Below are positions 35,660-50,689 of a DNA stretch of 52,986 nucleotides, one piece after another. Position numbers and translations under genes: made by a program. The stretch comes from Welwitschia mirabilis (lineage: Eukaryota). Location: NCBI GenBank assembly GCA_051453625.1, contig JBOZIK010000001.1:18608951-18661936 (forward strand), in the 5' to 3' direction. Numbering within the stretch: the stretch's first letter is position 1; every line of letters starts with the position of its first letter. The notes under the pieces are model-generated. The model was not told the origin of the DNA and did no database searches. It saw nothing but the letters and a program-made list of their open reading frames with translations.

Positions 35660-38600
35660 GTTATCTGCGAGAAGACATTTAAGAGGATGAGATAGAGAAT
35701 ATGAGAGGAAGAGTGTATAGGAATGGTACGAGGAGGATTGGATTCCACAAGCGATGTGGTGAGAAGTCATGCGAGAAGGAGAAGTGCTAGTTTCATCTCT
35801 CGAAGAGAGTGGTAGAAGAGGAGAACATGTCTTGGCTAGAGGGCTTTCGCCTAAAGGGAGGTAGCATGCTAGGGTGGTAGTAAACAGGGAGATAGGATTA
35901 TCAAGAAATGGCCCTCACTTGTAAGTTTGTCATCTTGATGGCTTCTAATGCAGTGAAATTTTTCTATGAAGTGATGGTTTAAGGTTTCTCCTAAGCACTA
36001 TAGTGATGCAAAGGAAAGGTTCAAGCTTAGTTTGATAGGGCATTTTGTGTCTCNNNNNNNNNNNNNNNNNNNNNNNNNNNNNNNNNNNNNNNNNNNNNNN
36101 NNNNNNNNNNNNNNNNNNNNNNNNNNNNNNNNNNNNNNNNNNNNNNNNNNNNNNNNNNNNNNNNNNNNNNNNNNNNNNNNNNNNNNNNNNNNNNNNNNNN
36201 NNNNNNNNGATTCTTTAGAGCAAGGGCCTAGCCTTGGCTCAATGGAAACTAGGAAAAGATCACAAAAAAATCTTTTACAGGTTGTTGATTTGGGTTGAAG
36301 TACAAGGGACCAATCTAACACTCTGAAATTAACATTTCATGTAGGACCTAGCAATTTAGTTTGAAGAATTAATAAAGCTATACCCACTAGTTTGAAGAAT
36401 TAATAAAGTTAGAGGAATGTAGGTATAACAAGGAAAAGAAGGATTTATAGCTAGTTACAAAAAGGAGAAAAGTTGAGATGGTGGTTAAACCCCAAAATGA
36501 AGTTTCTAAATCACATAAACAAATTCTAAGTAAGTGGGCTCAAAACCTCAGTCAGAGGAAGAATGCAAAAGGGAAAGGGTATGATTCCTCCTAAACAAGC
36601 ATAATAAAAGTTCTACAAAAATATAATCTCTAAATAGGTTTAAAGTTCAAGACAACAGCGAGTTAAGATGATCAACTAAAAAGATGAGGATGAGACTAAG
36701 AAAATAAAAAGGAAGACAAACCATTAGATGTACTAGAAGCTTCTAAGGAGGTAGTTGCAAATATAATAAATGAGTCCTAGAAAACCCTAATTAAGATATT
36801 AGTTAAAACCTTCAAAAGAAGAATCAAATGAAGATGATGACTTGGAATATTTGGGGTGTGAGAGGGAATCAAAAAACCTAGGTACTTAGAGAATTTTTAT
36901 CAATCATAGTTTAGACATAATTTCCCTCAAAGAGATAAAAGTCTAAATAGAAGAAATGCATGGAATTTTAGCTTTAGTCAAGTAGGGCATCTAGCAAGCC
37001 TATTTTAAAAGATATAATATACAAAAAAATCATGGGGATCAAATGGTTTTATATTTTTGAGATTGTAGTTTAGTGGCTAATGAACATCTATAATCTACAA
37101 CTGGTGGGAGAAAGAATTAGAATTTTGGGGGAATTTGAATAGAAATTATTAAATGAAAGATGCATTATTATTAGGTATTTTAATCAAAGTAGGCTTGAGC
37201 AAGAAAAGCTAGATGGGATGAAATGGAATCTAGTAGGGATACAAGACCTAGAGGACTTTATGCAAATTTTGAATTTAGTTGATTTACTATTGCAAAAAAT
37301 GCAATTCACATGGTTAATTAGAAGAAGAATAGAAAACAAAATAATATCAATGATAGATATAACCTTAGTTCCCGAAAATTATTTATAGGAAAGTAATGGA
37401 TGTTAAAAGGGGACCAAACGTGATGTCTAAATCACTAATCTATCATCCTTTCTACATAAAGAGAGAGAAATAAGAGAGATAAATTCTCTTTTAAGAATGC
37501 ACTCAACTACCAAAAAAAGATGTAGAAAAAACCTTAGCAATACTAACCAATAGCTAAAAGTGAGAAGTAAAAAATGGAGAATTAAGCAAAATCACAAAGA
37601 AAGTTAAAAGAAGAGATAAAAGAGATATCAAAGAGATAAATTAATAACAAATGCCTTGAAGAAGAAGCATTGCAGAAGTTATGGAACTTAAACAACACAT
37701 GAACTTAGGAAGAGATTCACAAGAAATAAAAGACTCACATAAACTAGTTGAAAGAAGGAGGCCACTGTGCTATATTCTTCTTTAAAATAGTTAACTAGAA
37801 AAGATGGCTAAAAATCATTAACATAGTTCAATGAAAGGTAAATACTTATAACAAAAAAAACATGCATGAAGATTTCTTCTTGTTCCAATAATAACTATGG
37901 GAGAAAAAGGGAGAAAAAAGAATACTTAAATATCATTTCCATAACCTAGAGGGCATAGAACCTTACTGAACCATCAAAGGAAGGAGAGGCTTGCAAAGTC
38001 CTTAAAATGACGAAATTAAGTAAAATCCCAAGGATAGATGGGTGGATATTAGAATTTTTAAGGAATTATTAGGCTTATGCAGGGAAGGATATTGAAATGG
38101 TCTTTAACAAAGCCTTAAAAGGAGAAATGTGCCTTATTTCTGAAATAATACAAAGGTTATTTTAATTTCTAAAAAAATCAAAAGTAGTGATGCTAAAGAT
38201 GCATTAGTATTTGTTACATAATTTATAGATTATTGTCCAAGGCTCTTATTAGTATAACCCCCTAATCTTTCCTCATTTGTTCACTTATACCAAGCTAGCT
38301 TTCTAGAAGGAAGAAGAATCCTTGACCAGGTAGTTCTTAACTACAAATTATTTCATTGTATTAAGACAAAAATACTTTGTATCATATCTTAAAACTAAAT
38401 ATTAAGAAAGTCTACAATAGCGTTTTGTGGAAATTCCTCGCATATGTTCTAAAAGTAAAAGGGATTTTAGAAAACTTTATTTGTCTAGTTCTATAAATGC
38501 AGTAATTTGCTAGTGTTTAATTTGAAAATCAATTAATAAGTTCACGGTTTCTTTTTAGCAGATTGAGTTTTAAGATAATAAAACCATATGTCATCCTATT

Positions 38601-39550
38601 TATTCATAAATATTCTAGATTACTTATAAGATTAAATAAAACAACCAAGGGAAGTAGGGCTAACTTTACATAGGACAAGATTCTTCTGTAATTACTTTGT
38701 TGGCAACATGATAATTTTTTAAAAATCTAATATGAAGAAAATTCAAGCTATAAAATAGGGCTTTGATATCTTTGGAAAGAGTTAGGTTTATACAAAATCT
38801 AGGGAAAAATAAAGTTTACTTCTTTAACCTATGAAAAAGTGTGCAATAGGCTATGATTAAAACCCTTCAAATACAAAAAGAAGACTAAATGGATTCTTAT
38901 TTAGAAATATATATGTTTAATTAAAAACATATTAATACTTGAAATGTCTTATTATAGAGACTCATGAGGAGGGATCGTGGCTAGTATTCTATCTTCTTAT
39001 TAAGTCAAGGCAAAATCATTTTTGGCTAACTCGGTGCTAACAACTAGTGTAAGCTACCACACATCAATAAGATTTTTATCAAATAAGGTAAAAAAGAATA
39101 TTAAATATAATTATTAGAAATTTTATTTGAAAAGGAAAAAAATAAGGGATCAAGGTGCATGAATATAAATATAATTATTAGAAATTTTATTTGAAAAGAA
39201 GAAAAATGAGGAATCAAAGTGCATGTAGCAGCATGGAAGGAGATAATAAAACTAGTGGAATTAGGATATTAGAGAATCTAAGATATTCAAAACAAGAGTT
39301 TAAATGTTTAAATCAATCTAATTAATAAGGTGAAAGTGGGGGCTTTACTATTTATATCCCCTAGATACATGTGAAAAAAAGGCGATATGTAGGTTGGAAA
39401 CCACAAGTGGGGAATTTCATCAGAAACCAAAGTGGGGAATTTCCCTTTCAAGTTAGTCCTTGCTAAAAGAAGATAGGTTAGAAAATGGATGAACTAGTAA
39501 CTAGGCAAAGGGAATATACCCTTTTAGATCTCAAAAACTTTAAATAGATT
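35660..39550 (+). mobile_element. Highly degenerate L1-type LINE (ORF1 relic plus EN-RT ORF2)
   Basis: MKMMTWNIWG (~36828, EN start), FTW, IP(R)IDG..LEF, QASFLEGRRILDQV, LKLNIKKVYNSVLWKFL and PMSSYLF-like motifs in order; many stops. Confidence 0.8.
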
Positions 39551-39949
39551 AATTCCAAATAAAATAGAAGAAATTATTCTATTGAAAAATGGCTTAAAAA
39601 AAGATAGGTACCAAAGTGAGAGACAATTGAAAAATGGGGAAATTCAATTTGATACTATAATAAATAATTCAGAGGTAATAAAAACTAATTGGCTGCCATT
39701 ACATAGTCATCACATGGATGTTAAATTAATAAATAATAAAAACATTACACCAAAAAGACTATTAATTGTAAAATATGTAAATAATGCCTTCCAGAAGAAC
39801 ACATGATGGAAATGCCTAATGGGGAAAAGATGGGTTATTAAAATGGTTGATTGTGAAAGGAAGGGTATTAATGGGGCACTCGAAGGAAGTAAGGCTTTAA
39901 GATTTTTAGAGGAGAGAAGCAAGAATCCAAATAAACTCTACACAAGATT

Positions 39950-41200
39950 AGATATAAAGTGGAAAGAGATGAAACAATTTTCAATATGAAGAAACACCCT
40001 CAATTTGGACTTGAAGATGCAAAAGGTTTTATAAATAATGGAATCATTTTAAAAGAAATTGAAATCATTAGATGGACATTATTAATAAAGTTGAAAGAAG
40101 AGTTAAATTTAGGGGAAGAGATCTTATTTAAGAAGTTTATATCATCAGGAAAAATAGTTGTTTACCACTTTTCTACTAAACTCATTATTGAGGCCACAGA
40201 ATTAATCTTAGATTAGGAGTTTATTTTTATGTTATTTATGGATTATAATAATAGAGATAAGTTTTTTGCAAGGAAAGCTTCTAAAGCAAAAAAAGGGCAC
40301 AATTATAAAGCTAAACTTCATAACCCATGAAATTTAGAACTGGAGTACATTAACCACTATCTTATCTAGGATAGAAATCATTTAAATTTAAGAGGCTTAA
40401 TTTCTTTTTCTTTTAGGAAATACAGGTAAACCTACCTTGATATTTTTAAAAAGAGTTAAAGGGGAACATAGGCTATAGATATTTGGGTCTAATTCATAAA
40501 TATTTTTGATTGTATCAAAAGTTCTAATTTAAAGGGTGATCTAGGTCCAATAGGTAGAAGATAAATGTTGAAAATTGTTATTGCTAAACTAGATACCAAA
40601 AAAAAATGAAGCCTTCAAAATTTAACCAATGCACCAACATGTAAGAAAAACCCTTGGCACTAAAAAATAAAGTATGTGATATTTATAAGAAGGCACCGAA
40701 AGTGATAAAAATAAAAATAAAAATGTAAATGATGTACAAGAAAATAAAGTAAAGAAAAATTTGGATTTAGAAGCTATTACAGTAAGTGATGACAATGTAG
40801 AAAAGGATGAGTAAGTAAGGAATGAGGAGGAGACCAAGGTAACACAGGAAATAATAGAGCCAAAATAACTAGTTAAAGGAGTACAAAAAGATGTGAAGGT
40901 GGGTAGAGAGATAAATAAGGAAGAATGCACCTAATTAGGAGGTTGAAGGAGAAAGGGGGTCAAAGAAGAAAGTAGTAAAAGATTCAAGTACAAGTGAGAC
41001 CTTTAAGCAAAATTTTAAGTAGAAGGATCAACGTCAAAAGAAAGAGAAAAATGGCTCTTTCTCAGCAAGAAGCATAGAGAAATTGATAAAAAATAAGAGA
41101 ACAACTAATCAAAGATCATGAAAGTAGAAAGCAGAAAAGTAGACACAAGATGCTTGTCATAGTCATGGAGTAGGATTATCGTTACACTCAATTAAAATTA
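39950..41200 (+). mobile_element. Possible second LINE ORF1 relic
   Basis: FIFMLFMDYNNRDKFF, IQVNLP, a decayed CxxC..GH..C knuckle near 40630, and a purine-rich low-complexity tail. Confidence 0.45.
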
Positions 41201-43442
41201 ATGCTTTTGTTCTTCATATACAAAATAATTAGAACTCATCATAATATGGTTATCAAATGGAACCCTAAAAAAATCAGAGAGAAGTTGAAAGAGGAGTTAC
41301 AAATACTATTAAGCTTAACAACATCAAGGATGTACTTGACAACAAAAGAATGCAAGCTGCTTTTCATTATTTTTATAGATAAAAATTAGTGGAATACTAT
41401 GAAATTTGTTTTAAGAATCCTTTGATGTTTGAATTCTTACTATTGTTTTTTTGGAAATCAGTTTTATTACATAGAAAGTAGGGTGAATTTTCCCAACTTA
41501 GATGGTAATTACTATATATTTTATTTTTAAATTAAATAATTTTTGCTTTTATATTTAAAAAATGACATTTAAAAAAGATAGGATAGTGTTCTTTAGCATT
41601 ATTCTAGTCACAAAGTGAGCATGTCCACTTCTCTTAAGGGACTCTAGATAATTTACTTATTTTAATCTCAAAATAATAAGATCTCATTTCCACCCTAGTA
41701 ATTTGAATTCATAGACAAAGCAAAATAGTAGCACTTCAGTAAGTTGTCTTTCGAAAAATGCCTTCTTTAATATTAGTTAATTTTTTCTTTCTTTTTTAGT
41801 CTTCCCAAATCCTTTGAAGTTTTTTTTGCTTTATAATTAATGAACGATTTTTTTCTTAAATGTTTCATTTTTAAACAAATCTTTGTTTGATAAATCTAAC
41901 CTTTTCCTTGAGACACACAAAACACCCTTTCTGAAATTTATCAATAGTAGAATTCAAAATATTATAAACATAAGCCACAAATTCTTCAAGGTATCAATTC
42001 AGCTTTAAGAAGCATAATTTCATAATAAGTTTAGTATTTTAAATTCTTCTAATAAGAATTATTTTTAAACTTTTATTATTCTTTTCTAGGGTTTATTTCC
42101 TAATCTAAAATCCCAACAACCATAAATAATTATTGGTTAAATAGTAGTGTATAAAAGTTATATGCATATGACCCAACACAAAATTTCCTGTGTTTTACAT
42201 TTTTTTTATTTAATTGAAATAAGGATTTTATATCGCTACTAACCCTTAGAGAGAGACATTTATTCCATTTGTAATTTGGATTTGTTAAGATAGATAGAAT
42301 ATCCCATTTATGATTATTAGAGCATTTGAAACCTAAGTATTTATAGTGTGAAAGAAATTTTTATTTTTATAACTAAATTTTTAAAGAGGTTTACCCACTT
42401 GTTAATTAAACTTTTTTAAAGAAAACAAAAGGTAAATTTTTCTTAATTTAAAAGATTAAGTAAATCTGTCAAATAAATACATTACAACATTAATAAAAAT
42501 TAAGAAAGGATGAGAAGAAAGGAAAGGAAACCATCCTTGAAAGGATTTTCATGCATGCTAGTATGATGCAGGGTTTATCCCATACATTTACATCTAGCTT
42601 TATGAGACCCTCATGACCCACTTCAATTAGTACATCTAAATGGGGGAACTTGAGGGAATAATTCATGAAATTTTGGATTTAAGTAAATAAAGTAGATTGA
42701 TTAAGCTTATATCAAATGGTTCTCATTCTGATCTAACATGTCATCATTACTATTCTAAGGCATATCACATCCTTTTTCTTGATATAGCACACCATCGGCC
42801 TTTACTAGATATTTCTTGTCACTATCAGAAGGTGGTTTCTAGAGAAGTATTTTCTATAAATATGCATCTAAAACTCTAATCTAGCCCTGCTTACATTTTA
42901 TTTATTAATGACTTTCCTATAGAAAAGCCAAACAAGATCTTCATGCTAGATTTTCCTTTATTAAACTACTTAATAAAAAGAATAATTTAAATTAAAAAAA
43001 GAAATGTTTACATAAAATTGATTGATCATGGACATCAAAAAGTATAGATAAAATTTAGAAAATTTATTGAAATATCCTTCCAACACTTTTAGATAAGGAT
43101 GCATTAATATTTACAAGGTTTTACAAACTCATTTCTATAGTAGGTCCCTTTTAATTTTTCATTTATTATACCAGTTAAACAATAAAATTAGGCTTTAAAG
43201 AATCTTAATTTAATGCCTTTTTAAATTACAAATCCTTTTTCATTACATTCAATAACTTTTTCTATGAGTTGGTTCTTAACATAAAGACTGGTGTCACAAA
43301 CTCATAATTTTCTCCATCTAAATTATTTAAAACCTTAATTAAAAACCTTGTGATCATATCCTTAAATTTTCTTCATAAAGTTACCTTAAATTAGAGTTGT
43401 AAATAAACTTTAAGCCTAGTTGTTATTGATTAGAATCTTGTG

Positions 43443-46400
43443 TGATCAAAAGTGCAACAAGAAATGAAACACAACTTGGAAAACAAAGAGAAAATAAATT
43501 ACAACAAAATGAATGTATAATGAGGGAAAGGTAACAATTTTCTTTTATTTTTAAATATACAATTCTCAACTTGTAAGTGCTAATTTATTTGAATGGGTAT
43601 TTATGTTATATCCTATGATTAGAAAACACTTTAGAAATGAAGAGAGCAAAATCATTATTAAGGAATTTATTATGAGGGAGTTATAAATCAAAGAAACACA
43701 AATTTGTCTCATATTTTATTTTTATTTTGTTTTGTATTTGTCTTATGTTTTAGAAGTTCTTGTTCTCTTTGGAATTTTGGTCTAAAAGTCTTCATTTGAA
43801 TCTAACTTTCGTTTGCCCTTGTGTCATTCCCTATATATGGAAAACATTCTTATATTATTAAGAAGTAAATGAGGTCTACATCTATTTACTTTTTCCTAAA
43901 GCATTTTCTTTTACAAGTCTAATACCTTCTAAGAAATCTTGATTTGATAATATTTTAGAATAATAAAAATGATTCTTTTAATGTTCTTTGTTAAGATCTT
44001 CCTCCTTATTCTGCATATTTTAATTTATGTTACATTGTTATAGTTTCATTGGTAAAACATTCTCCACAATTACTGTCCATCGTTGCCTCTAATTTAAATT
44101 TAGCATCATTACTAAACTTACCATTTATGAAGCTAACCTTTTGTGTTTGCGTAATAACTTTAGCTAAAAACCTTACTCTTCATAGTCCTTCTAAAAGAAA
44201 AATAACACCTTTTTCATGTGCAATATTCCTTTTTAATACTTGGAGGAAAAGCTATACTATTTTTATCAAGTGCACCCTTCTTTTGTATGAATATTGATGA
44301 GTTATTGTTATGCTTGATATTAAAGGTAATAAGTAACAAATAGGATGACTTAAATACCTTATTATTAGTATTTGATTTTGACTCTACTACTTCTTTTGTT
44401 TTGAAAGTAATTAACTGGTTCAGACCTTTGTCAATTATAAAAGTTTCTATTTGAGGAAAGTGAGTAATAAAAACAAAAAGCATGGAACCTTTTTTTTTTA
44501 GTGAAATAAATAACTTTAGTTGTCATTGATAGCATCTTATCATTATCATGTATCAAAGTCTTTAATGGTTCTATAAACTTCAATTTATCTTTAAGGTTAA
44601 CATATTTGTTAAATGATATAAGAGAAAATTTTTTCTGTAGTTAATTTATGATTAATTCTTTGTTTTAGTTATAATAAGTTTCATGATTAATCTAAAAATG
44701 AATTTCTTGTGTCAATAGTAGTAGCCAACATATGAGTAGAAATCGAATGCTCTAACATATTACTATAGTTAACTCCCTTATCAAGTTGATCATAATCCTT
44801 TAGTATAATAACTAATGTTTCTAATAGCATGTTATTAATAGTATCAACAATTTTCATCATCATGTCATGTATGATTGTTTTTAAAAAGCTAATATCATTT
44901 TTTAAGAAACATTAGATGGTTCATCTAAAGCAACTATTTAGATAAGTTATGAATTTAGAGGTGATTGGGATTTGCTATTAAGAGTGGATTTCATCCTTCC
45001 ATATTCATTATTTAAAAAATAGCTAGATTTAACCTTGTAAAAAGGGATAAGCATATAACTATTACTTTTATCTTTCACTTTAGATGTCATAATTTTAAAT
45101 ATGTTATTTTAAAAGTAATATCATAATCTTCATCTGATGTAAAATTCTGAGGCATTTTTATTTTTGTTTTGGTTCTCTTAAAAGAAACTTCTAGGGATGA
45201 AGTTAATTGTTTATAGTTATGAAAGTATTTATTATTTACATCAACTAGAAAAAGATTATAGTTAATATTTATAGAAACCATAAATATAATATAGTGAGAG
45301 GCCACTTTATTTTTAGGTTTAGACAGAAGAGTTGACTATAAGTTTTCAAACATATCTATGATTATCCAAGATTCACTTTAACCAATATAGCTGAAGAAAA
45401 TTAGAATTTAATGTAAGTCTTCAATGAAAGATTCATTTTACATGCTAATTCATCAAGTATAAAAGACTTTGACGTTTTAGAGATAGTTATATTTCATTGC
45501 TTTAATAATAAATCCAATAATCATAAGGCCCTTTCAGTTCATTTATAGGAGATGCACCACTAGAAATTACAATCTTTCAATCACTATTCCGTCCTGTTAA
45601 CATCTTTCTTATCATTCTTATAAAAGTGCTATGAGAACTTGTTAAGCCATTTATAAAGGCCATTAGGTGTTTTAAAGGTAGTCTTCCACTCATTTCTCTC
45701 CATTACATGAATTTAATGATGTCCAATTTTTAAGTTAATGTTGTTAAACTAGTAAGCCCTTGCTAAGTTGTCCAAAATATCATCCATTCTTAGTATAGAA
45801 AATTAGTACCTAATAGTATTCTTATTGATAGCCCTTAAACTCGCACACATTCTCATCTATTGACTATCTTTTCTTAGCATATGAAGGCAAGCTTTTATGA
45901 CTTAGTTCCTTTTCAAAAGTTTGAATTTGCCTTATATCTCCTCCTACTTCTTTAGTAGTATCCAATAGGCATATTTATAAAAAATTGTAGCTCCTAAAAT
46001 GAGATCTATTTAGTGTTTTATGATTCTTGTAGAAGTTATTATAAGAGGAACTTCTTTTATCAAAATGTCGACAACTTGTTATTTTAATTATTCAACTTCG
46101 AAAATCTTTTATTACAATACGTGTATGTTTTATTGTGCTAGGTCCATAATCACTTCCAATGCATCTTTTACTTCATGAAGAAACTCCTTTTCATTTAGAT
46201 AGAAAATTCCTAAGAATTGGTATCTTCTTTTTGTTCTAAGGGTTTCAACATAAATATTTTACCCTTTGTTTATGATAGAACAAGTATTTTGAACTTTTTC
46301 ATGATATCTTTATTCATCAAATTGTCAATGTTTTCCAAGGAAAACATAGCACACACTCATGGGTACTACATCATACAATAGCTAATGATAATCATTATCC

Positions 46401-47327
46401 ACATTAAAACTAACCAAATATTATTTCTTTACTATTACATAATAACCCCTTTGAAGCGATGATACCTTATATAGTGTAGGATGTTGCTTTACTTTCATCT
46501 TTATTTTTTTTACCATTTTTGTGAAAATAACATTATTAAAGATCCGACTGTGTATAATGACTTTGAAGCCTTTTTACTTGCACCTACATCTTGTTTTAAA
46601 GGTTTTACTTCTTTGAAATGGTGATTTTTTCTTCCTTTTCCTTAGCATCGAAGTCCTTTTTCCTAAAAATTTATTGCTATTTTTTTTCCTTTTAGACTTT
46701 CTTTTTTTATTTCTATTATTTTGTTCTCTTTTTTAATCATATTCTTCATTAAGACTAGCATGATCTCATTTTTTTTAAATTCTTTTGTTTTCATTCTCTT
46801 ATTTAAATTGGTTATAATGCTTTTCTTAGGTGGAATTTCAAGAAACCTTTATAATACTAGATTAGATTCTTATGTAGCTAATCTTATTTGACACCTTTTA
46901 GCAATTTCAAAATTCTAATCTAGCTTTAATACTAATCCGTCAAAAAGTGAAATGGGGAATTAGGCATGATCAGAAAAACTAATAAAAAATATACTATAAA
47001 AAATGAATTTATAGCAAGGGAGCGGCAATAAAGCTATTTTATTTTTAAGTACATAATTATTAACTTCTGATTGCTACCTTTTAATACACTAAATTGATAT
47101 TTATATTAAATTTCATAACTAGAAAATGCTTTAGAAATAAACATATTAGAGCAATTATTGAGAAATTTATTAAGAGAACGTGATGAATTAAAATACATAA
47201 ATTTTACTTCATATTTTATTCTTAATTTCTATTGTCTTTTTACTGTTCTTTAGAAGTTCTTATTCTCTTGATAATTCTAGTTAAAAAATCTTAACTTAAC
47301 TTTGACTTTTCATTTTCACTTGCATCA
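43443..47327 (-). mobile_element. Ancient CRM-like Ty3/gypsy element with diverged LTRs (~43443-43826 and ~46937-47327)
   Basis: The LTR pair aligns (AGAAAA..CTTTAGAAAT...TTTAGAAGTTCTT.TTCTCTT...TG(T/C)(G/A)TCA) and starts TGA on the minus strand. Decayed PBS near 46922-46934. Protease (DVVPMSVCYVFLG), RT (MRMCASLRAINKNTIRY.FSILRMDDILDNL...EWKTTFKTPNGLYKWL) and an NVF..GND motif running into the 3' LTR. Confidence 0.78.
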
Positions 47328-48369
47328 TTATCATGAAATGATTTATATCTTTATGCTCTTTTCATTTTATGAATTAGCAATTGAAACAAAGATTACAAGA
47401 TGCAAAGAGTCAACAAGTCTAAATAGGGTGCAGGCGATGACAACATAGATCTAAGACATAGTGATGGTTTATGGTTAAAGCATAGTAGCAATGTAGGAAA
47501 GTAGTTTACTAAATATTTGTATAGCAATGACATAGTATAGATAGATTACAGTGATACCAACTAGATCCACAACAGGGACATAAAATCAATTTGGAGATGA
47601 AACAACAAGGACTAAGCAGTCTTCAAATAGATGCTAGGATTTAAAGCTACAAGCAATGATGAAAGAAGGAAAAAAATGATATATTAAATAAATAAAATTG
47701 TAAAGAATGAAACATGTGACACGAGCATACCACATAAAGTACCATAGAGCTAATATAAGCCTTGTCTAGGAGGACTTTCCTAATGATAATTAAGAAAAGT
47801 ATTTAATCATTTATGAATTTTTTAAAATATTTTATTAATTTATTTATTAAATTTTATTTTTATTATTCTTTTAGTTAATTCACATTCCTCAATATTTATT
47901 TATGGAAGGGCATATAACAAATTATATAAAAGCGAATATTCTATTTAATTAAAGAGGGTTCATAAGTATAGCATTTATCTTCAACTTATTCTATTTTCAC
48001 TTTGAAAAATACATGAAAAAGTTAAGGATATTTTTACCTTAAACACATTAAAATTAAGGCATATTAAGGTAACATCTACTAAATTATAATATGAGGTATA
48101 TAAAAGCACATAGAAAATCTTCACTATCAGTTTCTCATAAAAGGTGCATAAGACAATGCATGACACTAGCAAGTCATCTTATCATAATTATTAGCTAATC
48201 AATACAATTTACTTAGTAATTATTAACTTGAAACATGAAATGATATGTTTCATTTCATATATAAAAGATGCAACCTTTTCTATCTAATAAAACACTATAA
48301 GATGAAGAACATCTATTTCAAAGATAGAGAATCATTTACTTAAATTAAGATCCAAAATAAAAATAAGTA

Positions 48370-49500
48370 TATGAAATACTTGAAGTTACATAGGCCTAAG
48401 TTTAAAGACCTCTATGAGTGGGTCATCCACAAATCACTTACCTACATGCTTGCCAAAAATATTATTTTTAACAATGATTCATTCTTAATTTATTAACTTA
48501 TTTATCTAGTTGAATACAACCTTTGGTTTATACTAAGAGATGGATTTATTCTTACTTCTCATTTTCTATTATTCACAAAGCAATATCATAATATTTTTAC
48601 ATTTAGTTATAAATATAATAAATTTATGAAATAATATCATATCTTCCATAGTTAATCCCAAAACACAAGATTAGAGCATCCTTGCTTCTAAAATCTATTT
48701 CTAGCATGGTATCAAAGCCAAAGGTTGTAAGTTGTAGGACATTAAGATGAACATGATGAATCACAAAATTTACAACTAGATGTTACAATCCTAAGGATGA
48801 ACTTAACTAAATATCAGGTTTAAAAGATCATGGTCTTGAATAGAGATAAAAGTGATAATAGAAAAAGAAGTTCATTAATAAAACTTCAAAAGTTGTAATA
48901 GGCAGTTGTGATTATTAATGAGATGAAATAAATTCATTTATTTAGTTAAATTATGATGGAAGTCATGATTTAAATTTCCAACATAATAAGTTTTTTAAAA
49001 AGTAAAACTATTTTTCATCTACTTCGAAGGCATCAAAGTTATAGAAGTTAAATCCATGAATTTAAGAAAAGATAGTTCTCATAAGTTTTTTATGATTCAT
49101 GTCCCAATAAAAATAGAAGATGATTTCATTAAAGATTAGTAACTTATAATTCTATTTAACAAAACTGAAGGAACAGACTAGGTATGTTAATAAATATATT
49201 AACAAGATTAAAAGGGACTTGTCCACATATAAAGCATCAAAATATCATGAAGCATGAAAAAGTAAGAATAAGATTATTTTTATAGCTAAATCACTATGAT
49301 CATATATTATAGAATAATCATCAGTCAAACTAAAATTGATAGGAGATACGATGTAGACATGTTAGAGATGTTTCACAAACATCTGCTAAAACACCTAGTG
49401 TTGAAGCTATGAAACATAAAAATCAATAGGATAGTTGAGAATAAAAATCGATAGCATAGATGATGTGATCAAAACATTAAAATTTCATTTTTAGATGATG
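48370..49500 (+). mobile_element. Degenerate copia 5' end (LTR end, PBS 48707-48719, gag relic)
   Basis: ...AGCA followed by TGGTATCAAAGCC, then weak gag-like words. Boundaries are uncertain. Confidence 0.5.
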
Positions 49501-50689
49501 AAATGAAATAAGAAGCCATAGTTTCTTCTATAAAGAAACATAATAACTCATTTTTCTTCTCCTTACTTTCCAAACCACTTTTACATGAAATAGAGTGAAT
49601 ATCATCTCATTATACCTTCTTTACTAAATAATATAGAAATGTACCAAAGGTATACATTTTTACAACCGGTATCACATGCTTTACTAGATTTGGCATTACA
49701 TAGCCTTGTTAAATTAATTAAATGTAAAGTTAATGTAATCTCCAAAATGAGTTTGAATTTCCATGGTAGAATTCACAAATGAATTCTATAAAAAGGGCCA
49801 AATGTATGTGTATTTTATCTTTTCATATTGTAAATATGAGATCTATGAGTTTAAAGTGCTATGATTGTTACATTACCATGCAAGCACTAAAGTGAGTTTA
49901 ATATCACTACTCTCCTTATAGCCAAAGATATGCGATTGCATTTTGCAATTTTTTCCATTATTTCTCTTTAACGATTTCATGTGTACTTCTATTCATAAAA
50001 GAAAGAGAGTTAGAATACTTTAAACTGATAAGTATTTGCAATGATATAGAAGAGATATTACTATAAATTTATTCTCTATCAAATTTTAGATTTATTATGG
50101 ATGTTGTGACAAATTTGCATTTAATATTAGTTTAAAACATTAAAAAATTCTAAACATGTAGGTTTAATGTATTTATGTGAAATTTAGATGCTCGAACTAG
50201 TGAAAATTCATTTGCTTTTTAGTTAAGCACCTACATAGATGAATCCATCATTATATAAAAAGAATCTTAATTTGAAAGATACAAGATGACATCAAAGTCA
50301 TTCCATCTTATTGTCAATAGTTTTGATGAAATATTAACTGATGTGAAGTTTGATGAAGCAACAAGGAGAAAGTTATAATAAAATAATAAAAATAGCTTAC
50401 ATTGAAGAAAACCTAAATAAGAAAAAAGAGAGAAGGAAAAAAAATAAGAAGCATACCTGTTAGTCACATGTGAGAAAAGCATGTAAAATGGATAGCCATA
50501 TTCTATTTAAAGAAAAATTGTAGGATTAGGCTAACTATAGTTAAAGTTGATTTACATTTCATTAACTTAACTAAGATTTGCATAGCTATAGTTAAACTCT
50601 AGTTCAACTCTTTTTTAACTCAGTTTAAGTAAAGTAAATCTTAACTGAGGGTAAGTAAAACTTAACTTGAAAATGGTGTAAAGAGGGAT

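Noticed and set aside
47552-47559. Minus-strand TGGTATCA (PBS-like)
   Set aside because: Only 8 nt, with no adjacent LTR end or downstream gag.
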